Of a stretch of 64,000 nucleotides of DNA, positions 49,956 through 63,191 are shown in pieces. Below the pieces are notes generated by a model that ran no database searches, had not been told where the DNA came from, and was given only the letters and a program-made list of their open reading frames with translations. Position 1 is the first letter of the stretch, and the number at the start of each line of letters is the position of its first letter. Origin of the DNA: an uncultured candidatus Porisulfidus sp. GTDB taxonomy: Bacteria; Pseudomonadota; Gammaproteobacteria; Poriferisulfidales; Poriferisulfidaceae. The stretch is from positions 640,001-704,000 of the forward strand of contig OZ220480.1 of assembly GCA_965116025.1 (NCBI GenBank). Direction: 5' to 3'. The position numbers and the translations under genes are program-made.

Positions 49956-51383
49956 TCACGGCCCTCCCGCGAGCGTCCTCCCCACGGCGTGGCTCATCTC
50001 CAGCCAGGGCTGCGGGGCCGCGAAGATCCCCACCAGCGCCAGCGCGCTCAGGCTGACGAGCGAGACGCAGGCGGGGTCCTTCCCAGGCCGGGCGGGCCGG
50101 TCCGCCTTCTCGAAATACATGTACCACACGATCCGCAAGTAGTAGTAGGCGCCCACCACCGTCAGCAGGGCGGCCACGACCGCCAGCGGCCACAGCCCCG
50201 CGTCCACCACCGCCCGCAGCGCGAACAGCTTGGCGTGAAACCCCGCGGTCAGCGGCACGCCCGCCAGGGAGAACGTCAGGATCAGCGTCATCAGGGCCAG
50301 CCAGGGGTGGCTGTCGCCCAGGCCCTTGAAATCCCGGATGTCCTCGGCCTCGGCCCGGGCGTTGAGCAGCAGGACGACCCCGAAGATCCCGGCCGCCATC
50401 AGCGCGTAGATCAGCGTGTAGAAGACCGACGCGGCGAGCCCCTGGGGGGTTCCCGCGGCCAGCGCCAGGAACACGAATCCGGTATGGGCGATCGCCGAGT
50501 AGCCCAGCATCCTGCGGATCCGGGTCTGCGCGATCGCGACGATGTTGCCGAGCGCCAGCGACAGGACCGCCAGCGCCATCATCAGGACGGACCAGTCCTC
50601 GGCCAGGGCCATCATGCCGTCGCCGAACAGGCGCAGCAGCAGCAGCAGTCCGGCGATCTTCGGGGCGGCGGACAGATACGCCACGGCCGGCGCGGGCGCC
50701 CGGTCGTAGACGTCCGGCAACCACATGTGGAACGGCGTGGCGCCCAGCTTGAACGCCAGACCCGCCAGCATGAGGATGGCGCCGAGCAGCTCCAGCCGTC
50801 CAGCCTCCCGCGCCTCCAGCCGCGCCGCGAGCTCCCCGATTTCCAGGGTTCCGGTGGCCGCGTACATCAGCGACATCCCATACAGGAGGAACCCGGAGGC
50901 CAGCGCCCCGAGCACGAAATACTTGAGCGCCACCTCGCCGGCGCGGCCATCGTCGCGCACCATGGCGACCATCGGGTACAGCGACAGCGCGAGGATCTCC
51001 AGCCCCAGGTACAGCGTGATCATGTGCTCCGCGCCGCTGATCAGGAACATGCCGGCGCACCCGAACGTCGCGAGCGCGTAGAACTCGCTGGAGAGGAGGC
51101 GATCGGGGGCGACCGGGTGGCCGCGGGCGCACCGCAGGACCAGCAGGGTCAGCGCGCAGATCAGGACGCGCGGAAAATCGAGCGCCGGGGCGCGCTCGAA
51201 CATGCCGCTCATCACGACGACCGGGACGGCCGGCTGGGTCGCTAGGACGATCGCCGCCGCCGTCGCCAGCGTCGCCGCCGTCAGCGGCCAGGCCCAGGAG
51301 CGCGGGGCGAGCAGGATCAGGCACGCGCCGGTGACCAGCGCGATCTCCGGCAGCATCAGAAGGAGTTCCTGGGCGACGCTCAC
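49956..51383 (-). CDS. nuoN: NADH-quinone oxidoreductase subunit N
   Basis: 'EVALKYFVLGALASG', 'FKLGATPFHMWLPDVY' and 'RMLGYSAIAH'; GTG start overlaps the nuoM stop. Confidence 0.95.
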   Translation of the reverse strand: MSVAQELLLMLPEIALVTGACLILLAPRSWAWPLTAATLATAAAIVLATQPAVPVVVMSGMFERAPALDFPRVLICALTLLVLRCARGHPVAPDRLLSSEFYALATFGCAGMFLISGAEHMITLYLGLEILALSLYPMVAMVRDDGRAGEVALKYFVLGALASGFLLYGMSLMYAATGTLEIGELAARLEAREAGRLELLGAILMLAGLAFKLGATPFHMWLPDVYDRAPAPAVAYLSAAPKIAGLLLLLRLFGDGMMALAEDWSVLMMALAVLSLALGNIVAIAQTRIRRMLGYSAIAHTGFVFLALAAGTPQGLAASVFYTLIYALMAAGIFGVVLLLNARAEAEDIRDFKGLGDSHPWLALMTLILTFSLAGVPLTAGFHAKLFALRAVVDAGLWPLAVVAALLTVVGAYYYLRIVWYMYFEKADRPARPGKDPACVSLVSLSALALVGIFAAPQPWLEMSHAVGRTLAGGP

Positions 51384-52873
51384 GGCGCCCCTCCCGCCTT
51401 GAAGGCGCGCGCCTGCTCGATCAGCCGTTCCACGGACGGCTCGATCATCTCCAGAAGCGGGGCCGGCCACAGCCCCAGGGCCAGCACCGGGAGGGCCAGC
51501 GCGGCCAGGATCAGCGCCTCGCGCCCGGACAGATCCCGGAACGCCCGCACCTCGGCATGCTCGGCCGGGCCGAACACCACCCGGCGCACCATCCACAGCG
51601 AGTAGGCGGCTCCCAGCAGCACCGCCGTCGCGGCCAGCGCGGCCAGCCACCATCCGGCCTGGAACGTGGCCAGCAGCACCATCACCTCGCCGACGAAGCC
51701 GGAGGTGCCGGGCAGGCCGGCGTTCGCCAGCGCGAAGAACACGAACAGCGCGCCGAACGCCGGCATCGTCTCGAGCGCGCCGCCGTACGCCGAGATCTCG
51801 CGGCTGTGGCGACGGTCGTACAGGACGCCCACGCAGACGAACAGCGCGGCCGACACGAGTCCGTGCGAGACCATCTGCGCGACCGCGCCGCTGACGCTGA
51901 GCAGGGCCGTCTCCGTGGCCAGGCGGTACAGGAGGAACAGGCCGAGGGTGACGAAGCCCATGTGCGCGATGGAGGAGTACGCGATCAGTTTTTTCATGTC
52001 GGTCTGCGCCAGCGCGGTGAACCCGATGTAGACCACAGCGACCAGGGACAGCCCGATGACCAGTCCGTCGAGCGCCATCGAGGCGTCCGGCGCGATGGGA
52101 AGGCAGAAGCGCAGCAGGCCGTAGCCGCCGATCTTCAGCAGCACCGCCGCCAGCACCACCGACCCCGCGGCCGGCGCCTCGACGTGGGCGTCCGGCAGCC
52201 AAGTATGCACCGGCCACATCGGGACCTTGACCGCGAACCCGAGCAGCAGGGCCAGAAACAGCCAGGTCTGCTCCGGCGCGGACAGCGCCAGCGCGTGCCA
52301 GTCCGCGATCCGGAAGCCTCCGGCCTGCAGGGCCAGATAGACGAACGCGACCAGCAGCAGCATCGAGCCCAGGAACGTGTACAGGAAGAACTTGACGGCC
52401 GCGTAGATCCGATTGTCGGAGCCCCAGACCCCGATGATCAGGAACATCGGGATCAGCGTGGCCTCGAAGAAGACGTAGAACAGCGCGGCGTCCATCGCGC
52501 AAAACACCCCGACCAGCAGGCCCTCCAGGATCAGGAACGCGGCGAAGAACCGCGACGCGCGCTTCGGCGCGACGTTCCAGCCGGTCAGGATGGCGATGAC
52601 GCCGATGAACGCGGTGAGCGCCGCCAGCGGCAACGACAGGCCGTCGACGCCCAGGCGGTACTCAATGCCGAGGGCCGGGATCCACGGGGCCTCGTATCGC
52701 CACTGATAGCCGCCCTCCGCGTCGAATCCGGCGACGGCCGCCAACGCCAGCGCGAGCGCGACCAGGCTGACCGCCAGCGCGCCACGGCGCGCCAGATCCG
52801 GGTTTCGCAGCGGCAGGATCGCGAGTCCCCCCGCGATCGGGACCCAGATCATCCAGTTGAGCGGGGACGCCAC
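51380..52873 (-). CDS. nuoM: NADH-quinone oxidoreductase subunit M
   Basis: 'KVPMWPVHTWLPDAHVEAP' and 'KKLIAYSSIAHMG'. Confidence 0.96.
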   Translation of the reverse strand: MASPLNWMIWVPIAGGLAILPLRNPDLARRGALAVSLVALALALAAVAGFDAEGGYQWRYEAPWIPALGIEYRLGVDGLSLPLAALTAFIGVIAILTGWNVAPKRASRFFAAFLILEGLLVGVFCAMDAALFYVFFEATLIPMFLIIGVWGSDNRIYAAVKFFLYTFLGSMLLLVAFVYLALQAGGFRIADWHALALSAPEQTWLFLALLLGFAVKVPMWPVHTWLPDAHVEAPAAGSVVLAAVLLKIGGYGLLRFCLPIAPDASMALDGLVIGLSLVAVVYIGFTALAQTDMKKLIAYSSIAHMGFVTLGLFLLYRLATETALLSVSGAVAQMVSHGLVSAALFVCVGVLYDRRHSREISAYGGALETMPAFGALFVFFALANAGLPGTSGFVGEVMVLLATFQAGWWLAALAATAVLLGAAYSLWMVRRVVFGPAEHAEVRAFRDLSGREALILAALALPVLALGLWPAPLLEMIEPSVERLIEQARAFKAGGAP

Positions 52874-52874
52874 G

Positions 52875-54806
52875 TCACCTCGTCAGCAGCAGGAAGCCGA
52901 GCGCGGCGACCAGGCCCAGCAGCATGGCGAGGGCGTAGTGGCTGAGCAGGCCGCTTTGCGCCAGGCGCAGCGTCGCCGCGGCGCGGCGCGTCAGCCGGGC
53001 CGCTCCGTTCACCAGAAAGCCGTCGATCGCGCGGCGGTCGCCGACGCGGGCGCAGAACCCCGCCACCGCGCTGGCCGCCCGGACGATCCAGCGCTCGTAG
53101 ATCACGTCGAACCCGAGCTTCCGCTCCAGCGCCAAGCGCGCCGGCGCGAGGACCGCCGGCAACCGGACGCCTCGCTCGCCGAACAGCAGGAAGCCGGCGA
53201 GCAGGCCCAGCCCGAGCAGCCAGATCGCTGGCGTGGCGAGGCCGTGCAGCAGCATGCCCCCGACGCCGCTCCAGCTCTCGGCCATGCGCGCCAGCGCGTC
53301 ATGCGCGGGATGGACGGTCAGGGCGTCGTCGAGCAGTCCACCGTAGAGGAACGCCTCGACCCCGAAGCCCGCCACCAGGGTCAGCGCGGCGAGCGCGACG
53401 AGCGGGACGGTCACGGTCTTGTCCGGCTCGCGCGCCTGGCGCGCCGCGGTGGAGCGCGGCGCGCCCTGGAACGCGCGGCGCCAGAGGCGGACCGAGTACA
53501 GCGCCGTCACCGCGACCCCGGCGACCGCCAGGGCGTGCGCGACCGGCGCCATCGGCAGGTCCGAGCGCGCCAGCGCCTTGATGATGGATTCCTTGGAGAA
53601 GAACCCGGCGAAGCCCGGCATGCCGACCAGCGCCAGCGAGCCGATGGCGAAGGTCGCGGCGGTCACCGGCATGCGCCGCGCGAGGCCGCCCATCCGCCGG
53701 ATGTCCTGCTCGTGGCCCATCGCCAGGATCACGGACCCCGCCGCCAGGAACAGCAAGGCCTTGAAGAAGGCGTGCGTGAACAGGTGGAAGACGCTGGCGG
53801 CGTAGGCCGACGCGCCGAGCGCCATGGTCATGTAGCCGAGCTGGGAGAGGGTCGAGTAGGCGATGATCCGCTTGATGTCGTGGACCACCAGCCCGATCAG
53901 CCCCATCGAGAAGGCGGTGACGGCGCCTACCAGCAGGATCAGGTTGAGCGCGATCTCGCTGCCCTCGAACAGCGGGGACAGGCGCGCCACCATGAAGATC
54001 CCGGCGGTCACCATGGTGGCGGCGTGGATCATCGCCGAGATCGGCGTCGGGCCCTCCATGGAGTCGGGCAGCCAGACGTGCAGCGGGACCTGCGCCGACT
54101 TGCCCATGGCGCCGAGGAACAGGAACAGGCAGATCAGGCTCAGCATGCTCAGCCCGGGCAGCGGGGACGGCTGCCGCGCCAGCGCCTCGCCATGGGCGAA
54201 CGCGGTCGCGTAGTCCAGGCTGCCGACGGCGGCCAGAATCGCCCCCATCCCGAGCAGGAAGCCGACGTCGCCCAGGCGGTTGACCAAAAACGCCTTCAGC
54301 CCCGCGCTCGGCGCCCGCGGACGGACGTGCCAGAACCCGATCAGCAAGTAGGAGACCAGACCGACTCCCTCCCAGCCGATGAACAGCAGCAGGAAGTTGT
54401 CGGCCAGGACCAGCAGCAGCATGGCCAGGGTGAACAGCGACAGGTAGGCGAAGAACCGGACGTATCCGGGGTCTCCGCGCATATAGCCGACGCTGTAGAC
54501 GTGCACCAGCAGCGAGACGAGCGTGACCACGACCATCATCAGCGCGCTCAGGGAGTCGATCAGGAAGCCGACCCGCATCCCGAGGCCTTCCGGTCCCCAG
54601 CGGTACAGGGTCACGGACCGCGGGCCCGGGTCCTGGACGTAGGCCAGCGCCAGGACCGCGCTGGCCACGAACGCGATCCCCACGCCGACCAGGGCGATCG
54701 TCGTGGCGGCTCTCGGCCCCAGCGCGCGGACGCCCAGGCCGGTGAGGATCGCGCCGGCGGCGACCGCGGCGACCGCGAGCTGGGCGAGCGCCGGGAGGTC
54801 CATCAC
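52875..54806 (-). CDS. nuoL: NADH-quinone oxidoreductase subunit L
   Basis: 'GKSAQVPLHVWLPDSMEGPTP.SA.IHAATMV' and 'HAFFKALLFL'. Confidence 0.96.
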   Translation of the reverse strand: MMDLPALAQLAVAAVAAGAILTGLGVRALGPRAATTIALVGVGIAFVASAVLALAYVQDPGPRSVTLYRWGPEGLGMRVGFLIDSLSALMMVVVTLVSLLVHVYSVGYMRGDPGYVRFFAYLSLFTLAMLLLVLADNFLLLFIGWEGVGLVSYLLIGFWHVRPRAPSAGLKAFLVNRLGDVGFLLGMGAILAAVGSLDYATAFAHGEALARQPSPLPGLSMLSLICLFLFLGAMGKSAQVPLHVWLPDSMEGPTPISAMIHAATMVTAGIFMVARLSPLFEGSEIALNLILLVGAVTAFSMGLIGLVVHDIKRIIAYSTLSQLGYMTMALGASAYAASVFHLFTHAFFKALLFLAAGSVILAMGHEQDIRRMGGLARRMPVTAATFAIGSLALVGMPGFAGFFSKESIIKALARSDLPMAPVAHALAVAGVAVTALYSVRLWRRAFQGAPRSTAARQAREPDKTVTVPLVALAALTLVAGFGVEAFLYGGLLDDALTVHPAHDALARMAESWSGVGGMLLHGLATPAIWLLGLGLLAGFLLFGERGVRLPAVLAPARLALERKLGFDVIYERWIVRAASAVAGFCARVGDRRAIDGFLVNGAARLTRRAAATLRLAQSGLLSHYALAMLLGLVAALGFLLLTR

Positions 54807-55108
54807 CCGCGCGCCTCGCGGAGCTCCTCGGTATCGATCGTCCCGCGGGCGCGGAACACCACCACCACGATGGCCAGGCCGATCGCGATCTCGGCGGCGG
54901 CGATCGTCAGGACGAACAGCGCGAACGCCTGCCCCGCGAGGTCCTGGAGGAAGTGGGCGGCCGCGATCAGGTTGGTGTTGACCGCGAGCAGGATCAGCTC
55001 CAGCGCCATCAGCGGCGCCAGCGCGTGCCGGCGGTTGACGAACACGCCGGCGACGCCGATGGAGAACAGCGCGCCCGACAGCAGCAGAAAATGGGTCAGA
55101 CTCAGCAT
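54803..55108 (-). CDS. nuoK: NADH-quinone oxidoreductase subunit K
   Basis: 'LMALELILLAVN' and 'IAAAEIAIGLAI'. Confidence 0.94.
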   Translation of the reverse strand: MLSLTHFLLLSGALFSIGVAGVFVNRRHALAPLMALELILLAVNTNLIAAAHFLQDLAGQAFALFVLTIAAAEIAIGLAIVVVVFRARGTIDTEELREARG

Positions 55109-55698
55109 GGCGGGTCGGTCCGGCCGTCGGTCAGCCGCAGCCGGTCGCGCTTGCGCGCGCGGCTCTGGCGGGCCGGATCCTGGCGGCGATGGTCCGGGCG
55201 GGCGCGCAGCGTCAGCGCGATCGCGCCGACGATGGCGACCAGCAGCGCGACCGCCGCGGCCTCGAGGGCCAGGGCGTAGTCGGTGTACAGCACGGACCCC
55301 AGCGCGCGCGTGTTGCTGTAGTCGAGCGGCGCCGGCGCCGGCGCGGCGGCCGGACCCGCGTCCGCCGCCACCAGGACGGCGCCGATCTCGGCGGCCATCA
55401 CCGCCGCCACCGCCAGCGCGGCGGCGCGGTAGCCGCGGCGGGGCCGGCGCGCCGGCGCGTGGCGCTCGATCATCATCACCACGAACAGGAACAGCACCAG
55501 CACCGCGCCGACGTAGACCAGCACCAGAAGAATCGACAGGAACTCCGCCTCCAGCAGCATCCAGAGCATGGCCGCGGTGAAGAACGACAGAATCAGGCAC
55601 AGCGCCGCGCGGACCATGTTGCCGAGCGTGACGGCGGCCGTCGCGAACGCCAGGAGCGCCGCGCCGAGCGCGTGGAACAGCAGGGTCTGGAAGGCCAT
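55102..55698 (-). CDS. nuoJ: NADH-quinone oxidoreductase subunit J
   Basis: 'AEFLSILLVLVYVGAVLVLFLFVVMM'. Confidence 0.94.
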   Translation of the reverse strand: MAFQTLLFHALGAALLAFATAAVTLGNMVRAALCLILSFFTAAMLWMLLEAEFLSILLVLVYVGAVLVLFLFVVMMIERHAPARRPRRGYRAAALAVAAVMAAEIGAVLVAADAGPAAAPAPAPLDYSNTRALGSVLYTDYALALEAAAVALLVAIVGAIALTLRARPDHRRQDPARQSRARKRDRLRLTDGRTDPPC

Positions 55699-56192
55699 CA
55701 GCGAAACCGCGCGTCGGCCCCGCGCAGCTCGGCGATCCGCTCCTCCTCGCGGTCGCCGATCGCCAGCAGATCCCGCTTGGTCATGATCTGGTCGCCGGCG
55801 CGCTCGAAATGGAACTCCAGGACGTCGGTCTCGACGATGGCGTCGGTCGGGCAGGCCTCCTCGCAGAAGCCGCAGTACACGCACTTGAAGAGGTCGATGT
55901 CGTAGCGGGTGGTCCGCCGGCTGCCGTCGGCGCGCTCCTCGCTCTCGATGGTGATGGCCAGCGCCGGGCACGCCGCCTCGCACAGCTTGCAGCCGATGCA
56001 TCGCTCCTCGCCGTTGGGGTAGCGGCGCAGCGCGTGCAGGCCGCGGAAGCGCGGCGACTTCGGCGTCTTCTCCTCCGGATAGCGCAACGTGATCTTGCGC
56101 GAGAACAGGCGCCGCAGGGTCAGCCGCAGGCCGCGCCGCAGGTCCCACAGAGTCAGGACGCGCAGAAGGCGTCGCGGGTCGCTCAGGCGCAC
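55698..56192 (-). CDS. nuoI: NADH-quinone oxidoreductase subunit I
   Basis: Two 4Fe-4S motifs: [12 protein letters not shown] and [12 protein letters not shown]. Confidence 0.96.
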   Translation of the reverse strand: MRLSDPRRLLRVLTLWDLRRGLRLTLRRLFSRKITLRYPEEKTPKSPRFRGLHALRRYPNGEERCIGCKLCEAACPALAITIESEERADGSRRTTRYDIDLFKCVYCGFCEEACPTDAIVETDVLEFHFERAGDQIMTKRDLLAIGDREEERIAELRGADARFR

Positions 56193-56196
56193 GGCG

Positions 56197-57231
56197 TCAC
56201 CCCATGAGCCCCGCGTGGCGCGCGACGCCCAGCGCGAAAATCCAGACCAGCGTCACCGGAATGAACACCTTCCAGCCCAGGCGCATGATCTGGTCGTAGC
56301 GGTAGCGCGGGAACGTCGCCCGGAACCACAGGAAGCAGAACATGAAGAACAGGGTCTTGAGCAGCCACCACTGGACGCCGGAGTCCAGCGCCGGGACCCG
56401 CCGCGCCAGCTCCGTCCCCTCGAACGGGGAGAGCCAGCCGCCGAAAAACAGGATCGCGGTCAGCGCCGAGACCAGGATCATGGCGGAGTACTCCGCCAGG
56501 AAGAACGCCGCGAAGGTCGAGCCGGAGTATTCCACGTGGAACCCCGCCACCAGTTCCGACTCCCCCTCGACCACGTCGAACGGCAGGCGGTTGGTCTCGG
56601 CCACGCCGGAGACCAGATACACCAGGAGCAGCGGCAGCAAGGGCAGGAAGAACCAGTCGAGGACGCCGCCGGACTGCGCCCGCACGATGTCCGCGAGGTT
56701 GAGGCTTCCGCTGAGCATCAGCGCTCCGACCAGCGCGAAGCCCATCGCGATCTCGTAGGACACGACCTGCGCCGCCTGGCGCATCGCCCCGAGCAAGGCG
56801 TACTTGGAGTTGGAGGCCCAGCCGGCGACGATGATCCCGTACGCGCCGAGCGAGGTCACCGCCAGAACGTACAGCAGACCGGCGTCGACGTCGGCCAGCC
56901 ACAGGCCCTCGTCGAACGGGATCACCGCCCACGCGGCGAGCGCCGGGGTCAGCGCCGCCAGCGGGGCCAGCCAGAACAGCGCTCCGCTGGCCTGGCCCGG
57001 GCGGACGACCTCCTTGGTCAGAAGCTTCAGGATGTCGGCGACCGGCTGCAGCAGCCCGCGCGGCCCGACCCGGGTCGGGCCCAGCCGCATCTGCATGAAC
57101 CCGACCACCTTGCGCTCAGCGTACGTGTAGTACGCCACCGCCGCCAGCAACGGTCCCAAAATCAGCGCCGAGCCCAGCAGGATCTCCCCGACCCGCAGCC
57201 ACGTCGCGCCGTCGGTCATCCACTCAGGCAT
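56197..57231 (-). CDS. nuoH: NADH-quinone oxidoreductase subunit H
   Basis: 'ERKVVG.MQ.R.GP', '[19 protein letters not shown]' and 'PRYRYDQ'. Confidence 0.96.
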   Translation of the reverse strand: MPEWMTDGATWLRVGEILLGSALILGPLLAAVAYYTYAERKVVGFMQMRLGPTRVGPRGLLQPVADILKLLTKEVVRPGQASGALFWLAPLAALTPALAAWAVIPFDEGLWLADVDAGLLYVLAVTSLGAYGIIVAGWASNSKYALLGAMRQAAQVVSYEIAMGFALVGALMLSGSLNLADIVRAQSGGVLDWFFLPLLPLLLVYLVSGVAETNRLPFDVVEGESELVAGFHVEYSGSTFAAFFLAEYSAMILVSALTAILFFGGWLSPFEGTELARRVPALDSGVQWWLLKTLFFMFCFLWFRATFPRYRYDQIMRLGWKVFIPVTLVWIFALGVARHAGLMG

Positions 57232-59520
57232 CGCGCAGCTCCACCACCCCGAACGCGTCGCCCAGCCCGGCCAGCCGCGCGTCCCCGGTCGGCAGGTAGA
57301 CGCAGTCCGGCGCCACCCCCGGGTCCACCGTCACGGGCAGCCGTACCGTCGCGCCGTCCTGCGCGAGGACGGCGCGCGCGGCGTCGCCCAGGCCCAGCTC
57401 GTCCCGAGTCTCCGGGCGCAGGCGCAGCGCCAGCTCGCGCGCCAGCTCGGTCTGCTGCAGGGCGTGGGCGCGCCGGGTCGCCGGGTCCTGCTGATAGATC
57501 GACGGGGAACCCACCCGCAGAAGGCCCCGCTCCGGGATTCGCGGCGCGCTTTCCGGCGGCTCTTCCACGGCGAGGGCCCGGGCTTCCAGGCCGCGGCAAT
57601 GCGCGATCAGGGCGGCCCCCGCCAGACCCGGGGCGCGCCCGGTCGCGCGCGACAGCGCCGCCAGCGTCTCCGCCCCGTCGCGCGCCTCGTCCGGCGGCGG
57701 CGTGGCGGGCGCCATCGACTGCCAGCGCCCTTCCAGGTTGATCAGGTGGCCGCCGCGCTCCCCGACGGTGGGGATCGGCAGCAGCAGGTCGCATGGCGGG
57801 CTTTCGGAATCTGGCAGGAAGGCCTGAAACGCGATGGTGGTCCGCGCCGCGGCGAGCGCCCGGCGCAGCCGCGCCGGGTCGGCGACGTCGCACGCGGCGT
57901 CCAGGCCATAGAGCGCCCAGAGATCGGGGGGCTCGCGCAACCGCCGCGACAGGTCGACGCCATCCACGGCCGCGCCGCCAGGGCCGCGGTGCGCGACGCA
58001 ACCGGTCAGCCAGGCGCCCGGGGCGTTGGCCCCCTCCGGCAGGACGCCCAGCCGCGCCCCGGTCCGCGCGCCCAGCGCCCGCGCGGCGGCGAACAGCAGG
58101 CTCGCGTCTGGATGATTGAGCGCCAGCGGCCCCAGCCAGATCAGGGCGCGCTCCGCCTCCTCCAGGCGCCGCGCGAGCGCGTCCGCGAAATCCGCGGCGC
58201 CCTCCTCTCCCCGCGGCGTGGACGGATCCGCGGCGGCGCGCAGCAGCGGCAGCCACTGGCGAGGCGACAGCGTCGCCTCCCGGGCCGGCGCGAACGTTCC
58301 GTCGAACGCGACGGGGTTGACGATCCAGACCTCGGCGCCGGCGCGCGCGGCCTGGCGCAGCCGATGGTTGAGGATCGGCTGGTCGTGCCGCAGGTGGGCG
58401 CCGAGCAGAACGATCACGTCGCGCTCGGCCAAGCGGCTCGCCGCGCAGCCGAGCGACGGCGCGAGCGGGTATTGCCCGCCGCCGCGGAAGTCGGACGCGC
58501 GCAGACGATGCTCCACCGTGCGGGCGCCGCATCCGCGCAGCAACTGCTGGAACCGGAAGCATTCCTCCACCGTGCTGGAGGGATGGATCAGGCCCGCGAT
58601 CTCGCCGGCTTCCGCCAGCGCCTCCGCCGCCCGCTCCAGGGCCTCCTCCCAGTCCACCCGGACCCAGCGGCCGCGGTGGCGCGCCAGCGGCCAGCGCAGG
58701 CGGTCCGGGTGGGCGGCCGCCTGATAGCTGAACCGATCGCGGTCCGACAGCCAGACCTCGTTGAGAGTCTCCTCCGCGCGCGGGACGCAGCGGATCTGCC
58801 GCCCGCGCAGAATGTGCCGGGACAGATGGGAGCCGACGCCGTCGTGCTCGCCCAGGCCAGGACGAGCGTCCATATCCCAAGCGCGGGCGCGCATCCGGGA
58901 GGGACGGGCGTTCAGGGCCCCCACCGGGCACAGATCGATCACGCATCCGGAGAGCTCGGACCTCAGGGCGCGCTGGACGTAGGAGCCGATCTTCAGGAAC
59001 TCGCCGCGCCCGAACGCGCCGAGCTCCTGCTCTCCGGCGATCTCCTCGGTGAAACGCACGCAGCGGGTGCAGTGGATGCAGCGGGTCATGTCGGTCGACA
59101 CCAGCGGCCCCAGATCGGGGTCCGGCACCGCGCGCCGCGCCTCGGAGTAGCGGGAGACGCCACGGCCGTATTCCAGCGCCAGGTCCTGAAGCTCGCACTC
59201 CCCGCCCTGATCGCAGACCGGGCAGTCCAGCGGGTGGTTGATGAGCAGGAACTCCATGGTGGCGCGCTGCGCCTCGCGGGCGAGAGAGGAGCGGGTCCGC
59301 GCCACCATGCCGTCCGTCACCGGGGTCGCGCAGGCCGGGACCGGCCCGCGCGCGCCCTCCACCTCGACCAGGCACATGCGGCAGTTGGCCGCCACCGAGA
59401 GCTTCGGGTGGTAGCAGAAGCGCGGGATCGGGACGCCCTCCCGGTCCGCCACCGCGATCAGCGGCTCGCCAGCGGTCGCCGCGACCGCGCGGCCGTCCAG
59501 GGTGAGCGAGACCGGGCCGC

Positions 59521-59524
<4 letters not shown>
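57224..59524 (-). CDS. nuoG: NADH-quinone oxidoreductase subunit G
   Basis: '[20 protein letters not shown]', '[14 protein letters not shown]' and '[11 protein letters not shown]'; GTG start at 59524. Confidence 0.95.
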
Positions 59525-60782
<1,258 letters not shown>

Positions 60783-60786
<4 letters not shown>

Positions 60787-61268
60787 GGCAACGCCTCCAG
60801 AATCTCGTCGACCCGCTCCGGGGTCAGATTCTCGTGGTAGACGTGATCGACCTGCATCATCGGGGCCCCGCAGCACCCCGCCAGGCACTCCTCCTCGCGC
60901 TTCAGGAAAATCCGGCCGTCCGGCGTCGACTCCCCGACCCGGATGCGCAGGCTCTTCTCGACGTGGGCCAGGATGTCCTCGCCGCCGCGCAGCAGGCAGG
61001 AGACGTTGGTGCACACCGCCACCGTGTGGCGCCCGGCCGAATGGTGGCGGAAGCCGGTGTAGAACGAGCCCACCTCATGCACCTGGATGGCCGGAACCCC
61101 CAGGTGCTCGGCCACGGCGTCCATGCGCTCGGGGGTCAGGTGCCCGTGCTCCTTCTGCGTCTCGCGCAAGGCGCCGAGCACGGCCGAGCGCCGGCGCCCG
61201 GCCGGGAAGCGCGCCAACCAGGAGTCGATGCGCGCGCGCAAGGCGGGAGTCAGGATCTCGTCGCTCAT
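60783..61268 (-). CDS. nuoE: NADH-quinone oxidoreductase subunit E
   Basis: 'VCTNVSC' and '[10 protein letters not shown]'. Confidence 0.94.
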
Positions 61269-62518
61269 CGGTCGATCTCGCCGAACACCAGGTCCAGGGT
61301 CCCGATCAGGGCGACCACGTCCGCGAGCATGTGCCCGCGCGCCAGCTCGTCCAGCGCCGCGAGGTGCGGGAAGCCCGGGGCGCGGATCTTCAACCGGTAC
61401 GGCTTGTTCGATCCGTCCGAGACCAGGTACGCGCCGAACTCGCCCTTGGGGTGCTCGACCGCCGCGTAGATCTCGCCCTCCGGCAGGCAGAACCCCTCCG
61501 TGAACAGCTTGAAGTGATGGATCATCGCCTCCATGTCGTGCTTCATCTCCTCGCGCGGCGGCGGCGCGACCTTGCGGTCGTCGACCATCACCGGCCCCGG
61601 ATTCTCGCGCAGCCACTCCACGCACTGGCGGACGATCCGGTTCGACTGGCGCATCTCCTCGACGCGGACCAGATAGCGGTCGTAGCAGTCGCCGTTGGTC
61701 CCGACCGGCACGTCGAAGCGCATCTCGTCGTAGACCGCGTACGGCTGCCGGCGGCGCAGATCCCAAGAGACGCCGGAGCCGCGCAGCATGGGCCCGGTGA
61801 AGCCCAGCTGCAGCGCCCGCTCGGGGCTGACCACCCCGATGTCCACCGTGCGCTGCTTCCAGATCCGGTTGTCGGTGAGCAGGGTCTCGTACTCGTCGAC
61901 GCGGCCGGGGAAGCGCTCGGTGAAAGCCTCCACGAAATCCAGCAGGCCGCCCTCGCGGTCGCGGTTGAGGCGGCGCGTCGCGCGCCGCGACCGAAAGCGC
62001 GACGGCCGGTGGCGCGGCATCGAGTCCGGCAGGTCGCGGTACACGCCGCCCGGACGGTAGTAGGTCGCGTGCATGCGCGCCCCGGTGGCCGCCTCGTAGC
62101 AGTCCATCAGGTCCTCCCGCTCCCGGAACGCGTACAGGAACACGGTCATGGCGCCGATGTCGAGGGCGTGCGCGCCCAGCCACAGCAGATGGTTGAGGAT
62201 CCGCGTGATCTCGTCGAACATCACCCGAATGCGCTGCGCGCGCGGCGGCGGCTCGATCCCGAGCAACCCCTCGATCGCCCGGACGTACGCGTGCTCGTTG
62301 CACATCATGGACACGTAGTCCAGCCGGTCCATGTAGCCGACGCTCTGGTTGTACGGCTTGCTCTCGGCCAGCTTCTCGGTGCCCCGGTGCAGCAGGCCGA
62401 TGTGCGGGTCGACGCGCCGCACGACCTCGCCGTCAAGCTCCAGAACCAGCCGCAGCACGCCGTGGGACGCGGGATGCTGCGGCCCGAAGTTCATGGTGTA
62501 GTTGCGGATCTCAGCCAC
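61265..62518 (-). CDS. nuoD: NADH-quinone oxidoreductase subunit D
   Basis: '[15 protein letters not shown]', 'GLLHRGTEK' and C-terminal 'GEIDR'. Confidence 0.96.
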   Translation of the reverse strand: MAEIRNYTMNFGPQHPASHGVLRLVLELDGEVVRRVDPHIGLLHRGTEKLAESKPYNQSVGYMDRLDYVSMMCNEHAYVRAIEGLLGIEPPPRAQRIRVMFDEITRILNHLLWLGAHALDIGAMTVFLYAFREREDLMDCYEAATGARMHATYYRPGGVYRDLPDSMPRHRPSRFRSRRATRRLNRDREGGLLDFVEAFTERFPGRVDEYETLLTDNRIWKQRTVDIGVVSPERALQLGFTGPMLRGSGVSWDLRRRQPYAVYDEMRFDVPVGTNGDCYDRYLVRVEEMRQSNRIVRQCVEWLRENPGPVMVDDRKVAPPPREEMKHDMEAMIHHFKLFTEGFCLPEGEIYAAVEHPKGEFGAYLVSDGSNKPYRLKIRAPGFPHLAALDELARGHMLADVVALIGTLDLVFGEIDR

Positions 62519-63191
62519 GCCCCGCTCCGCGCCGGACCTTCGGCACGCCAACCCGCGGCTCGATGGTCACCGGCTGGTAGACGACCCGCCGAAGCTCCGG
62601 GTCGTAGCGCGCCTCCATGTGGCCGCTGAGCGGGAAGTCCTTGCGCAACGGGTGGCCGACGAAGCCGTAATCGGTCAGGATGCGGCGCAGGTCCGGATGG
62701 CCCTCGAACACGATGCCGAACAGGTCGAAGGCCTCGCGCTCGTACCAGTCCGCGCAGACCCAGAGCCCCCGCGCCGACGGCAACGTCGGCCAGTTCCCGT
62801 CCGCGCAGCGGGCCACGACCCGGACGCGCCGGTTGCGGGACAGCGACAGCAGCTGGTAGGCGACCGCGAAGCGGCCGTCCGCTCGGGCCGGGGGATGGGG
62901 ATTCCGGAACGAGTAGCGCGCCGAGGTGGCGGCCTCGACGGCGCGCGAGAAGCCAACCTCGGTGGACTCGCCGGTCCGCCACTCGTCGGCGCCGAGCTCG
63001 GCGCGGTCCAGCCCCGCCAGATCGATCAGCTGCTCGAACCGGAGCTCCGGGTCGTCGCGGAGATGGCGCAGGACCTTGATCAGGCGCCCGGCCTCGACGG
63101 CCACGCGCGGGCCGTCCCGGTCCTCGCGGACCTCCGCCCGGTCGCCCAGCCCGTCCGAAAGCGCGGAAACCCAGGAATCGGGCGCGGCCAT
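62511..63191 (-). CDS. nuoC: NADH-quinone oxidoreductase subunit C
   Basis: '[37 protein letters not shown]'. Confidence 0.96.
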   Translation of the reverse strand: MAAPDSWVSALSDGLGDRAEVREDRDGPRVAVEAGRLIKVLRHLRDDPELRFEQLIDLAGLDRAELGADEWRTGESTEVGFSRAVEAATSARYSFRNPHPPARADGRFAVAYQLLSLSRNRRVRVVARCADGNWPTLPSARGLWVCADWYEREAFDLFGIVFEGHPDLRRILTDYGFVGHPLRKDFPLSGHMEARYDPELRRVVYQPVTIEPRVGVPKVRRGAGRG

